Positions 1 to 12,262 of a DNA stretch of 64,000 nucleotides are shown one piece after another; position 1 is the first letter of the stretch, and the number at the start of each line of letters is the position of its first letter. The notes beneath the pieces are model-generated. The model was not told where the DNA came from. It did not search any database and was given only the letters and a program-made list of their open reading frames with translations. Where the stretch lies: NCBI RefSeq assembly GCF_006345805.1, contig NC_042997.1, positions 195,734,001 to 195,798,000 of the forward strand, given 5' to 3'. The DNA comes from Octopus sinensis. Lineage: Eukaryota. The position numbers and the translations under genes were made by a program.

Positions 1-63
1 GCTAGCTGTAAGATAAATCTCTCGGATGCTCTAGGATAAAACATCAGTGATGCTTCTGATATC

Positions 64-520
64 TTAGGGATTTTCGGATTTTTCAGCATCAGACCCCCAC
101 CTTAAACATACACTCACATGCACATACACACACACATAATACACACAAACACACACATATAAAAATATATATATATACACACATACATATATATATATAC
201 ATGTGTACATATATACATAATATATATATATATACACATACATATATATATATATAATATTATTAGAGACAAATATATATAAATGTGTACGTATATATAC
301 ACATATATACATACATATATATATATATAATATATATATATATATACACGCATATATACATATATATATACATATATACATGCATATATATATATATATA
401 TATATATGACATAAATATACATATATCTATATATATATATATTATATATATATATTTAATATATATATATACATACATATATATATATATATATATAATA
501 TATATATTTAAAAATTAAGG
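64..520. repeat. (TA)n/(CA)n compound microsatellite
   Basis: Direct reading; source of spurious (YI)n ORFs. Confidence 0.95.
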
Positions 521-596
521 TAGAAATGATATTAGTCAATTAAAACAGTGGTCTAGCACATAAAAAGAATCCGAGATTAAAATATTATATATAACA

Positions 597-817
597 TTAA
601 GGACTGAACACGAAAAGGTGGACAGTAACATGCTAGATATAGACGTCAAATCGCCCTTCTCCACAAGGATATGTTATCACATAAAAATAAAAATAAAAAT
701 AAACATAAAAATAAAAATAAAAATAAAATATTTTATTGGAACATAATCCTTGTGGAGAATGGCGATTGACGTCATATCTAGCATGTTGATGTCCACCTTT
801 TCGTGTTCAGTCCTTAA
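597..817. repeat. Inverted repeat, arms 597-675 and 740-817, around a (TAAAAA)n spacer
   Basis: ttaaggactgaacacgaaaaggtggac...caaggatatgtt reappears reverse-complemented, with a few indels and substitutions. Confidence 0.9.
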
Positions 818-836
818 TTGGTATATATAGATATAG

Positions 837-888
<52 letters not shown>

Positions 889-1029
889 CGATATATATAT
901 ATATATATATATAGTAATAAATATATACAAAACACGCACACACACATACACACACACACATATATATATACACACTCAGACAGATACACAACCATAATTA
1001 GATTGGCTCAGAAGGAAGAGCTCTTTCCA

Positions 1030-1760
1030 TGCTCGTCACGGGTCTTCTAATTCGGTGACATGTTGACGAGGAAGTTTTGTGGGAAGAGACCTAGCTATAG
1101 TGTACACCATGATTTATGGAGAGTAGGTCAGAAAGAAAGAAAGAAAGAGAGAGAGAGACAGAGAGAGAGAGAGAATACCATCTACAGACGCTGCGTTTGT
1201 GAGATCTGTCAGAGAGCCATCCAAGGGATGGGAAGCGGACGGAGCCGAAAACAAGCATACTACTGCTAGCTGTGGACAAAAGCTTTACTAACATCGGAGG
1301 CGTCAACATTGTTTTTAGTAAATATTTCGAGGATCAATACCTACAGATATGTGGTATAGAAAATTAGTTCTTCATAAGCCATACAGGTAACCATTAAATA
1401 AGAAAAGAGACGATTTAAGATTTTCCAATGCTGCAAGTGGCTGTCTCCATTACCTTCGAGAAATTGGAAGTGAGTGCGATAGGACAGTAGTTATTAGGAT
1501 CAGAGAAATGGCTCTTCCTGGGAGTGGAACACATTGTAGTGCGTTCAAAAGATCGGTATTTATTAGTGAAGAGGATTAAACAGAGTGAGAGAGAGAGTCT
1601 GTGTGTATATGTGTAAGAGAGAGAGACAAAGGGAGATATAGAGAGGAAAAGATTTGAAGAGTTCGGTGTGAAAGGTCTGGGACGAAGTGATTGACGGCAA
1701 TGGACAGGAAATGAGCAGGGCCAGTGACCTTATTAGTTTAAAGCGAAAGGAGGTGCATTC
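1030..1760 (-). mobile_element. Degraded CR1/L2-group LINE RT fragment
   Basis: Minus-strand remnants in the expected order: SDPNNYCPIALTSNFSKVME (cf. DPxNYRPIALTS), DVSKAF, LSDRS..VDG.LS, SINHGV (cf. INSGVPQG); many stops and frameshifts. Confidence 0.6.
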
Positions 1761-1920
1761 TCACCTGGTCCGTGGGTATTCATGCTCGTCATCCCGCTAC
1801 TTCTACTTTGCAATGAAGAATGAAAAGAAGACATGATATATTAACAAAGACAATATGAACAACATGACGTAATACAAATGTTATATCCACTCTTGCATTG
1901 CTTTCGGTACAACACTCGTG

Positions 1921-1932
1921 TATATATATATA

Positions 1933-1976
<44 letters not shown>

Positions 1977-2202
1977 TTGTGTGTATGTGTGTGTGTGAAT
2001 AAATAACTCTATAACAAAATCAATAAATGACGAAAGTATCACTTAATACAAAACATTGTAAATATGTCATTGGTCTAAGTGCTTGTAAGTACATAAATAT
2101 ATATATGTGTGTGTATATGTATGTATATATATATATATATATGTGTGTTGTGTGTGTGTGTGTGTGTGTATAAATATATATATATATGCATATATTTGTA
2201 CG

Positions 2203-2243
<41 letters not shown>

Positions 2244-2313
2244 ATATATATATATTGCATATATTTGTACGTATATATATATATATATATATATATATGC
2301 ATATATTTGTACG

Positions 2314-2390
<77 letters not shown>

Positions 2391-2443
2391 CATATACATA
2401 CATATATGCATATTTATGCTTATACATATAAGCATATATATAT

Positions 2444-2474
<31 letters not shown>

Positions 2475-2481
2475 CACATGC

Positions 2482-2512
<31 letters not shown>

Positions 2513-2610
2513 TATATATATGTATGTACGTACGTACGTATGTATGTATGTATGTATGTATGTATGTATGTATGTATGTATGTATGTATGTATGTATGTA
2601 TGTATGTATG
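1921..2610. repeat. (TA)n, (TG)n and (TATG)n microsatellites
   Basis: Direct reading. Confidence 0.9.
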
Positions 2611-2984
2611 CATTTATGTGTATTCCAGAGGTCTGGGAATTGGAGAATTTCTCGTAAATATTTCTGGTCTAACATCAAGCATTTCAGTTATATTACACAA
2701 TAGTCGTTGACCTTATTCGGTTATTTCATTAAAAGTTGATGAAATATATTTCAGATGTATATTTCATTGGCCATCAAATAGTTTATGAAGCGATGTTTGC
2801 AGTTTGTCAGAGATAGCAGCTACATCGTAGAATATAAACCAAAATATAATGATGATAAAAATAAAGAAACAACAAACGGAATCTGTTTGCTATTAATCAG
2901 ATGTGGATGTTAGTTTAGGTGTGTAGGTAAGTATTGCCTTCTTCATCACCAGATTACGGGATCGATCTCCACGGCAATATTGTA

Positions 2985-3250
2985 GGTTGTTAGGTGGTGC
3001 TCCAGCATGGTTGCGATCAAATGACTGAAACATGTAAAAGAATATATATATAATATATATATTCTTTTATTCTTTTACTTGTTTCAGTCATTTGACTGGC
3101 CATGCTGGAGCACCGACCTTAGTCGAGCGAATTGGCCACACGACTTATACTTTGTAAACCTAGTACTTATTCTATCGGTCTCTTTTGCCGAACTGCTAGA
3201 TTACGGGGACGTTAACATACCAGATTCGGTTGTCAAGCGATGGTGAAGGG

Positions 3251-3260
<10 letters not shown>
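2985..3260. mobile_element. Two SINE-B 3' parts, tail to tail (+ copy ~2985-3040, - copy ~3060-3260)
   Basis: Family tail gtgctccagcatgg..caaatgactgaaaca.gtaaaaga in both orientations. Confidence 0.75.
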
Positions 3261-3299
<39 letters not shown>

Positions 3300-3401
3300 T
3301 ACACACACAATGAAAATACAGTCACGGGGGTTAGCCGGAATTAATAACCGGTATATGCGACTACACTACCCATTTGGATTCTGTATCCCTACCAACCAAA
3401 A

Positions 3402-3480
<79 letters not shown>

Positions 3481-3498
3481 ATATATATATATATTTAT

Positions 3499-3529
<31 letters not shown>

Positions 3530-3531
<2 letters not shown>

Positions 3532-4686
3532 TAGCAGCATAGCCTGGCGTTGCCCGGGTATGTAAGAGACGCTAGTAGGCAACGACTAATCCCAATCTAG
3601 TAGTCCTTTCCCTCTAGGGAACGAAGGCGCATGTGTAGGTTGCAATGTCTTCTCTTCACTCCCAAATAACTATCACACAGCTATCGATAATTCAACCCAA
3701 CCAATTCCTACCAGGAAGTAATTACATTCGAGACTTTACCCCCAACACCGCCACTTCTGCTAATAGCTGCTGCAGCCGCAAGTTATTCGAATACTTTTTT
3801 TGTTTAAACTTTCTTTATAACTGCCACCCCAAACGTTTTACCCTAAATTTTTGACGTATCCTAAGGGTCCTCGGACGCTACTTGCAAACTCTTGGTTTAT
3901 TATAAACCGCTTTTGTCGTGTGCACCAAAAAACCTTTTCCATTCGTTTGTTCAGTTTGGTCACTTTTGACTTTTTCGTTGTTGTCACTCACATTGCTGTC
4001 CGCTTTTTTGCCGTTTTTGTACATTTTTATACATTTTGGGATACTTACCCAACGTGTTCCGAGAGTTAAAAAGGTCGAGTTGCACCCCCTAGACAGTCTG
4101 TGGTTTGTTTTTAATACACAAATCGGTTTGCTATGTGTGCAACATATGATTTAATTAAGCGATTTTTTCCAGTAATAAAGTATCCTATTGGAATCAAAAG
4201 GGCCATATAGCTCCTTGGAGCAGACACGATGCTCGCTGTGAATTTCCAAAACAATTCCTGCCAATTTGTTAAAGATATTGTCGAAAATATGTCATCTTGA
4301 ATTTGAACGCGATTTCCCAAAATGGCATGATTTTATCGATTTTTTCTGATGGTAAGGTATTGCATGGAAACCTAACGTCAGAATTAAGTTTCTTAGGGTA
4401 ACATTAAGCTTCACCATGAGTTTGGTGAAAATCGATCGCAAGTAGCGAAAACTACAACAGAAAATGTGTTGCATATAAAAAGCTTAGATTCTTGACCCCA
4501 TGTCGAATTTATCGATTTTTTTCAGAACTGGGGGAACCTTTCAAAATTTTCGCTGCGTCAGTTTTGAATTATGACATTGGGCTATGTGTGTGTCAAGTTT
4601 CATCAGAATCGGTTGAAAGCCGTGGTCAGGGTGAGGGTACAACCTGACAGACACACAGACAAACTGCCGTTTATATATAGAAAGAT
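3530..4686 (+). mobile_element. Non-autonomous Helitron/Helentron-like element (~1.15 kb)
   Basis: Starts ACTAGCAGCATAGCCTGGCGTTGCCCGG and ends ACAGACACACAGACAAACTGCCGTTTATATATAGAAAGAT. Both termini resemble those of the copies at 29032-29428 and 53201-53596. No TSD or ORF. Confidence 0.6.
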
Positions 4687-5060
4687 ATACTCGTCTGATC
4701 AATAAGCATCCGGACTGTTTCCTTAGTAACGAAGCGAAAGCACGCAGAGTAAAGCTACTTGGCACAGATTGGCTGTGAACCCTGTTATGCATGTGCGCTA
4801 CATTTTAACATTGTAGCTCACTTCTGCTATTTACAGCTGTGTTTCGAAGGAAGCTGTGTAGCATGTGATTGTAGCATTGACCATGATAATGTTGAGCTTA
4901 AGAATCTGCATCAAATTTTGCCAAAATCTCGGCGATACCTGCTCAGAGGCCTACGTAAAGTTTTCAAAAAGTTTTCGTCATTCTCCACACAATCAAGGAA
5001 AGCATGTGCAACTGAAACCCGAATGTCTCACTGGTCAACTGAAAGCAGTTTTGGCACAAA
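4686..5060 (+). mobile_element. Mariner (Tc1/mariner) 5' fragment
   Basis: TIR-like tatactcgtctgatcaataagcatccggactg, then LRICIKFCQNLGDTCSEAY (cf. mariner N-terminal QRxCIKFCxKLGxTxxE). Confidence 0.6.
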
Positions 5061-6037
5061 CTTGGCTGTGTAGATTTTAGAACATTTATAGATAGGTCTT
5101 ACAGCTGTTTCCAGGATATTTATTATATCCCTTCATCGGAGGCGGTGTGAGAAAATGGTTAAGTAATAGTTAGTTTAGATAGGATACAAAATAGAGAGTG
5201 AGGTGGAGGAAAGAAAATAGATGTGAGATATGTAGGGATAATGTAGACACATTTTTATATATTCAAGATGAAAATTTAAAAAGAAGCTATGTCTGGCCAT
5301 GAAATAAATATTTTCTCGGACTAACAATTATGGATTATATATATAAATATATATATTTGTCATGATGAGAAATAATTATTATCAATACTTTGATTCCAAG
5401 TTTTATAAACAAAATAGCAAAATGGTATTTTCGCCTAATTTTGCATATTGCGATATTTAGTAAACGGATGTCAGTTACTTGAATGACATTGTTGGATGAT
5501 AAATTTTTACTGCAAAAACAAGAATTTATTTGTCTACGTTCATTAATTCCAACGACATTAACCTGTCAATGATATATTTATGAGATCATAAATATTTTGC
5601 AAAATGGTTGTATCGGAATGATTTTTATTAATTTGTTTAATATCTTCGACTTATTTTCTTATGTATTCTTTAGTTAGAGATATATTTGAGCTTAATAGCA
5701 TCTGGTCGATTCTATATATTTAATCTACATTTAGTCTGATTTGATTAAAATAGTTATTAAAATCTCATTTTTCACACAGATATTAACATTTCTATCTTTT
5801 ATATCTTGTAATTTGATTGCAAATGAATCGACATCCATGACATTTACTGCAGATACGGTGGAAAGACTGAAGGCAATCATTATTTCATTCATCAGTAATA
5901 TACACGTATTAACAACAATTTCGTATATGTGAGTTTATAGAGTTTCAGATGCTCTGAAAATGGAATGAGAAATACGCACTAATGTCTTCCCGATAAAAAA
6001 AAATCAAAGAAATAAAATCAACAAGAATTTTAACGAG

Positions 6038-6680
6038 AAGCAGGAGTGACTGTACTATAAGAAGTTTGCTTTCTAACCGCATATTTCCGGGTTCAGTCTC
6101 ACTGCGTGACAACTCGGAAAAGAGTCTTGTGATATATAGCCATGCGTCAACCGAAGCCTTCTGAGTGGATTTGATGGACAGAAACTCAAAGAATCCTGTC
6201 CTATATTTGTATATATCTATATGGGGCTTTGTGATTGTCCTCGCTACTACCTAACAACCAGTGTTGGTGTGTTTACTTCCCCGTAACTTGGCGATCCGGC
6301 AAGAGAGGCTAATAGAGTAAATACCTATTTCTTTACTACCCACCAGGGGTTAAACACAGAGAGGACAAACAAGGACAGACAAAGGGATTAAGTCGATTAT
6401 ATCGACCCCAGTGCGTAACTGGTACTTATTTAATCGACCTCGAAAGGATGAAAGGCTAAGTCGATCTCGGCGGAATTTGAACTCAGAACGTAACGGCAGA
6501 CGAAATACTGCTAAGCATTTTGCCCGGCGTGCTAACGTCTCTGCCAGCTCGCCACCTAAATAGAGTAAATACCATGCTTATTAAAATAGTATTGAGGTCG
6601 ATTCGTTCGGCTAAATTTCCTCAAGGCGCTGCGACAGCATGGCCGCGGTCTAAGGACTGAAACAAGTAAAAGATGAAATG
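6038..6680 (+). mobile_element. SINE-B copy interrupted by a SINE-A insertion
   Basis: tRNA-like head gggttcagtctcactgcgtg, body gagtggatttgatggacagaaact and tail gactgaaacaagtaaaag on either side of the insert. Confidence 0.8.
6321..6557 (-). mobile_element. SINE-A (tRNA-derived; ggcggcgagctggcagaaacgttagcacgcc family) with 15-bp TSD
   Basis: Full family sequence; direct repeat aatagagtaaatacc at 6311-6325 and 6559-6573. Confidence 0.9.
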
Positions 6681-6719
6681 CAAGCGTTTCCACTGAAAAT
6701 AGTGTTTTCATATTCTCTT

Positions 6720-7175
6720 GACAATTTTGCTTGTTTTAGTTATATTGGCTGCGGCCACGCTGGAGCATCACCTTTATTCGAACAAATCGACCCCTGAACT
6801 TATTCTTCGTGAGCCTAGTACTCATTCTATCCGTCTCTTTTGCCGAATTGTTAGGTTACAGGGGCGTAAACACACCAACACCGGTTGACAGGTGATGGTG
6901 GTCGGACAAACACGTACACAAATATATACATACATATATGTATATATATATATATCTATATATATATATATATATATATATGTATACATATATATGTATA
7001 TACGATGAGCTTCTTTCAGTTTCCGTGTACCGAATCCACTCACAAGGCTTTGGTCAGCCCGAGGCTATAGTAGAAGACACTTGCCCAAGGTGCCACACCA
7101 TGTGACTGAACTCGGAACCATGTGGTTGGGAAACAAGCTTCTTACAACACAGCCCTTCCTGCGACTGAGCTATGT
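6720..7175 (-). mobile_element. SINE-B copy with internal (TA)n
   Basis: ccaaggtgccacaccatgtgactgaactcggaaccatgtggttgg head; ggccacgctggagcatc tail. Confidence 0.85.
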
Positions 7176-7528
7176 TAAAAAGAATTTAATCTTCATAAAA
7201 TAGAGTAATAAGGTGGGAATATGTATTTCATCTACATAGACATATGTGCAGGCATAGCTGTGTGGTTAAAAAGCTCGTTTTCTTTTTTTAAACTCGTAGT
7301 TTCGGGTTCAGTCCCACTACGCAGCATTTTAAACGAGTGTTTTCCACTATACCCCCGGGTTGATCAATATCTTATGAGTGAATTTGGTAGATGAAAAACT
7401 GAATAAGTCCATCATATATATTATAAATATATACATAATGATAGAAATGGTAAGACAACAAAAGAATGAAAGAGACCTCGATATTATACAAATAGAGGAA
7501 TATATTTGTAAATGTAATATGTGACAAT

Positions 7529-7650
7529 TATGTATGTATGTATGTATGTATGTATGTATGTATGTATGTATGTATGTATGTATGTATGTATGTATGTATG
7601 TATGTATGTATGTATGTATGTATGTATGTATGTATGTATGTATGTATTTA
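7529..7650. repeat. (TATG)n
   Basis: Direct reading. Confidence 0.95.
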
Positions 7651-7899
7651 TGTACAAATTTCACATTTCTAAACTAACTATATGAACTATATTTGGAATA
7701 CAAGGTAATATAACGGATCTTACGTATGAATATTATGGATTATTGCAGAAGAATAACCAAGGAAGTATATATGGATTTAAAGACTCTCATCAAAAGTAGT
7801 AACTTTTAATTTATCTTTCAAACAAACACCCTTTTATAGTTTTACTTCAAATTCTAAAAAAAACTATCATTCGATATGTTATACAGAATTTAAATTTTA

Positions 7900-7991
7900 T
7901 ATCTCTGAAGAGCAGAAGCGCTGTCTATAAATGCTTATCAATATAGGATTTCCTTATAGGGACAAGTTTTCTGTGAAACGAACGTAAGATG
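7900..7991 (+). ncRNA. Candidate type-I hammerhead ribozyme with extended helix II
   Basis: UAUCU-CUGAAGA-GCAG...(55 nt)...CUGU-GAAACG-AA-CGUA-AGAUG; helix I pairs, putative GUA cleavage triplet. Confidence 0.45.
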
Positions 7992-8214
7992 CTTTAAATA
8001 ATTAATCCCAAATTTTTAAACTGTCATATACATTATATATTTGTACGTATAGATATTTACATATATTTTTATACATATTTATATTTATTTATTTATATAT
8101 TTTTAATACAACAGTTATTTTTCACACGTGTATATCTTTCTGGGGAGTTTTGATATTGATTTCCTAATATTAATAATAATATATTATTAAGAAAAAATAT
8201 ATGTATGTATGTGT

Positions 8215-8822
8215 CTGTAGATTTGTATGTTTTATAAAAGTATTCTCATGCATAGAGTTACATATTTAGACATGCTCAAATATATTTAAATGATAAGCTT
8301 CTGAAAAATTTTACAGATTTGTACAGTTCCAGTGATGGATTGGATCTGTAGTCTTTGAATTAGCTTTCTCCTTTCTGGTTTTGAGAAGCCTAATTTCTCA
8401 AGATTGGTAGTTAGGCCGTGTGTTACATATCCCAGAGCTTTCATGTGTAAACCTGAACTTGTAATCTGGATAGAGTAACTGCAGGTTTCTCAATAGTTCA
8501 GCATAGGCGTTCACTGATCTTCAGCTTTATGTTAACATCCGCTGGGCAGCTAATTGCCACACCTGTGTACAGTTTATCGTCTTTATCCCAAATGTATGAA
8601 TGTAAGTAAGCATGTGTGCGGATTTGTATATTTTGTTTTATATATGTATTCCCATGCGTATAGTTGTATATCTAATCAGGTTCATATAGATTTAAATGAT
8701 AAACTTCTGGAAAGTTTTACAGATTTTTACAGTTCCAGTGATGGCTTGGATCTGGAGTGTTCGAATTAGCTTTCTCCTTTTTGGTTTTGAGAAGCCTAAC
8801 TTCTCAAGATTGATGCGAGTGA
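8215..8822 (-). mobile_element. Two tandem 3' fragments of an RLE-endonuclease non-LTR element (R2/R4/NeSL-type)
   Basis: SCPADVNIKLKISE..YAELLRNLQLLYPDYKF..ALGYV..LEKLGFSKPERRKLIQRLQIQSITGTVQICK (8570-8290) and a second LEKLGFSK...GTVKICKTFQKFII (8822-8692), each followed by its own 3' UTR. Confidence 0.7.
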
Positions 8823-9230
8823 CGTGTATGTGTAGAAGACACAAGTTTGCCTCTATTTGCTCGCGACTACTTAACCACCTAACAAAATTAACAAAACTAT
8901 AGTACATGCTGCCACGTCGCAACCGTTTCCCTGTTGCGGCTTTGATTCTGGATCTATCATAAAATAAGTTATATCTTTTCCTAAAATTTCTCTTCATGCA
9001 CCTCATAGTTCTTGAAAGTCTCTTTTTTCTTGTTTATATGTCAGTCGTCTTTTAGAATGTCACAGAGTTTGGATTATGAAACTTTCGACATAAAATAAGA
9101 AATAAAAGGAAATTTTATTTATTCTCTATTTATAAGTGAACAGTCAGTATATTTTAGCAGACGATACTATTGATATATAAATGCTTCTTTTTCAGCTGTT
9201 GTTTAAAGTACAATGGCTGACATTTAGCTG

Positions 9231-9630
<400 letters not shown>

Positions 9631-10542
9631 TCAATAGCGTAAGTTTCTATGAACGTTTTTCTTTCAAATCATATCCTCAAAAATATTGATTTCTCATCAA
9701 TAACCCAATGTTTTGACAAGTAAGTTATTCTCTATTGAGTCGCTGCCATTGTGTTACTGGTGCTTCACTCACTTTATATATTCTACCACGAAGACTCCCG
9801 CGGAATGTTGGATTGAAACAAATAATATTCGATGATTGTAGATGCATGTGGTCCATTTTACCATTTCTGCCAATAAACCGCTTTGAAAAACTGCACAAAA
9901 GAAATGCTGCATGAATATTTTATATGTCTGTATATTTCGACATAGCCGTGTTTGTGTAAAATAAATAAATATGCAGCAAATTTATGTAGCCTCAAAGATG
10001 TGTCGCTATAGTTAAGACCACAACCGTCAAAAAAACAACACAAAGAAAATAATTCCGTGAAGACAAAGTTGTAATTCTTTATGTAACATTAAATATTAAA
10101 TGTTTTATTTTGTTGTGAATCAGAAGTCATTTAGCGCTTATTTTACTTTTAAAAATATGATAAATGATTTCACATTATAAATTCATAAATAAATTGAAAA
10201 TCCTTTACGTGGGGTTTTACCTTCTAAAAATGCCCTAAAGTAAGGGAATATTGAAATATTCACGCATTTCCCCTCAATGGAATAACTGTCAAATAAAGGA
10301 ACGAAACATGTGTCAAATGAGAATTGAAAGAATTTTACGTTCTGAAACGTTCAGATGTTTACTTCTTATAAAAAGTAAGAAGGCTTGTCGCATATTTTCA
10401 AAAAAAAAAAAAGATATCAAGAGAACACGTGGTGCCCTGGTGGCCTGTTATTTTAAGGGAGTGGGGGTAACCATTTCTAGATAAAACTAGGTGGGATTAG
10501 AAGATCGAAATATAAATCGAACATAGAGGTAAAAGATGAATA

Positions 10543-10595
<53 letters not shown>

Positions 10596-10632
10596 CATAC
10601 ACTTTATTAAAAAATCAGCAAAAATATCACAA

Positions 10633-10675
10633 AAACTGTTACTCAGTTTCACGTTCCCGTTCGTCGGACTGTTTT
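10633..10675 (-). ncRNA. Minimal hammerhead-like motif (CCGA variant) in a short repeat next to (TA)n
   Basis: Minus strand: AAACAGU-CCGACGA-ACG-GGAA-CGU-GAAAC-UGA-GUA-ACAGUUU. Confidence 0.45.
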
Positions 10676-11134
10676 GTTTAGAATGGAACAAAAATAAGGT
10701 TATAAGCAAACATAAACAATTAGTTTATTGGATACACATTTGAAAAAAGGGTTTTGTTTCATTGGTCCTTTCAGCTAACGGCCTTTACAATGACCGGTTG
10801 CATGCAATGAACAACATTCAGTATAAAATCATCTTATAAAATCGAAGGAAACCTTAAATCAAAAATAGCTTATAAAGAAGGACAGAGCGTAAATACCCAG
10901 GGTAAATAATTATTTGCAAACTATTACTCAATTAATATATTAAAACTTATATCCATTTAAAAAAATTCACGTTGGATTACATTTATATTTAGTTTAGCGG
11001 TATATGCACATACCAAACCATCTAAAATATACATATATACACTAAAACATATAGACGCATATACATAGCAACATACATATACAGACATATACGGGCAAGA
11101 ATAAATATATATACATATTCATATATATATATAT

Positions 11135-11523
11135 TCTTTTTTCTTTTCTTTTATTCTTTTACTTGTTTCAGTCATTTGACTGCGGCCATGCTGGAGCACC
11201 GCCTTTAGTCGAGCAAATCGACCCCAAAGCCTAGTACTTATTCTATCGACCTCTCTTTTGCCGAACCGCTAAGTAACGGGGACATAAACACACCAGCATC
11301 GGTTGTCAAGGAATGCTAGGGGGACAAACACAAACACACAAATATATATATATATATATACATATACACGACAGGCCTCTTTCAGTCTACCAAATCCACT
11401 CACAAGGCTTTGGTCGGCCCGAGGCTACAGTAGAAGACACTTGCCCAAGGTGCCATGCAGTGGGACTGAACCCAGAACCATGTGGTTGGTAAGAGGGCTA
11501 CTTACCACACAGCCACTCCTGCG

Positions 11524-11530
<7 letters not shown>
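11135..11530 (-). mobile_element. SINE-B full copy
   Basis: Complete head to tail match with the other copies (41640-42052, 48535-48968, 52222-52628, 55050-55455). Confidence 0.9.
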
Positions 11531-11563
<33 letters not shown>

Positions 11564-11633
11564 AACGCATTGTGACCAGTGATATGTAACAACATCTGAT
11601 CGGTCACGTGATCACGTGATATATATATATATA

Positions 11634-11665
<32 letters not shown>

Positions 11666-11842
11666 CATATACATACGTGCACACATGCACACACATAAAA
11701 TCTCCTGGCGTACGCTTATTCAATTTAGTTGTTACAGTCGAAAGAAAGAGGACGAAGAATCAGAAAATATTAAGAATGGGGAGGAGGAAGAAAACAGTGG
11801 AGAAGAAGAAAAAGGAAATGAAAGAGAAACAGAGAACTAGCG

Positions 11843-11873
<31 letters not shown>

Positions 11874-12262
11874 CACGCATATGTATAAGTACATACACAT
11901 ATATGCATATACATACATATGCATCTCTACAATAAATGCATACACAAATATATAGAGGCATATCTACATCATAACGTATATATGCAAACAATTTTTTTTA
12001 AAAACTGTTCGATAAGGAAATTATACATTAATTTGATGTAACATATTTAAAAACGTTAAATAAAAATAATAATAATAAACCTCGGCGAAGCTTAAGCTTG
12101 ATATTAAATTTTATAAAGCAGTTGAAGGCTTTCTTAAAAATGAAATCGCAATATGCATTAACGTTGTGATGCAAAAAACTATACAGTGTAAAGTCAAATT
12201 CAAATGCAACAGTCAAAAAATATGTTTCGTAAGTCAAAACATTTGCCCCATACGGTTGACAT

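Noticed and set aside
9740-9900. Possible minus-strand exon (tgtgcag acceptor, gtgagt donor)
   Set aside because: No recognisable protein in any frame and no supporting neighbouring exons
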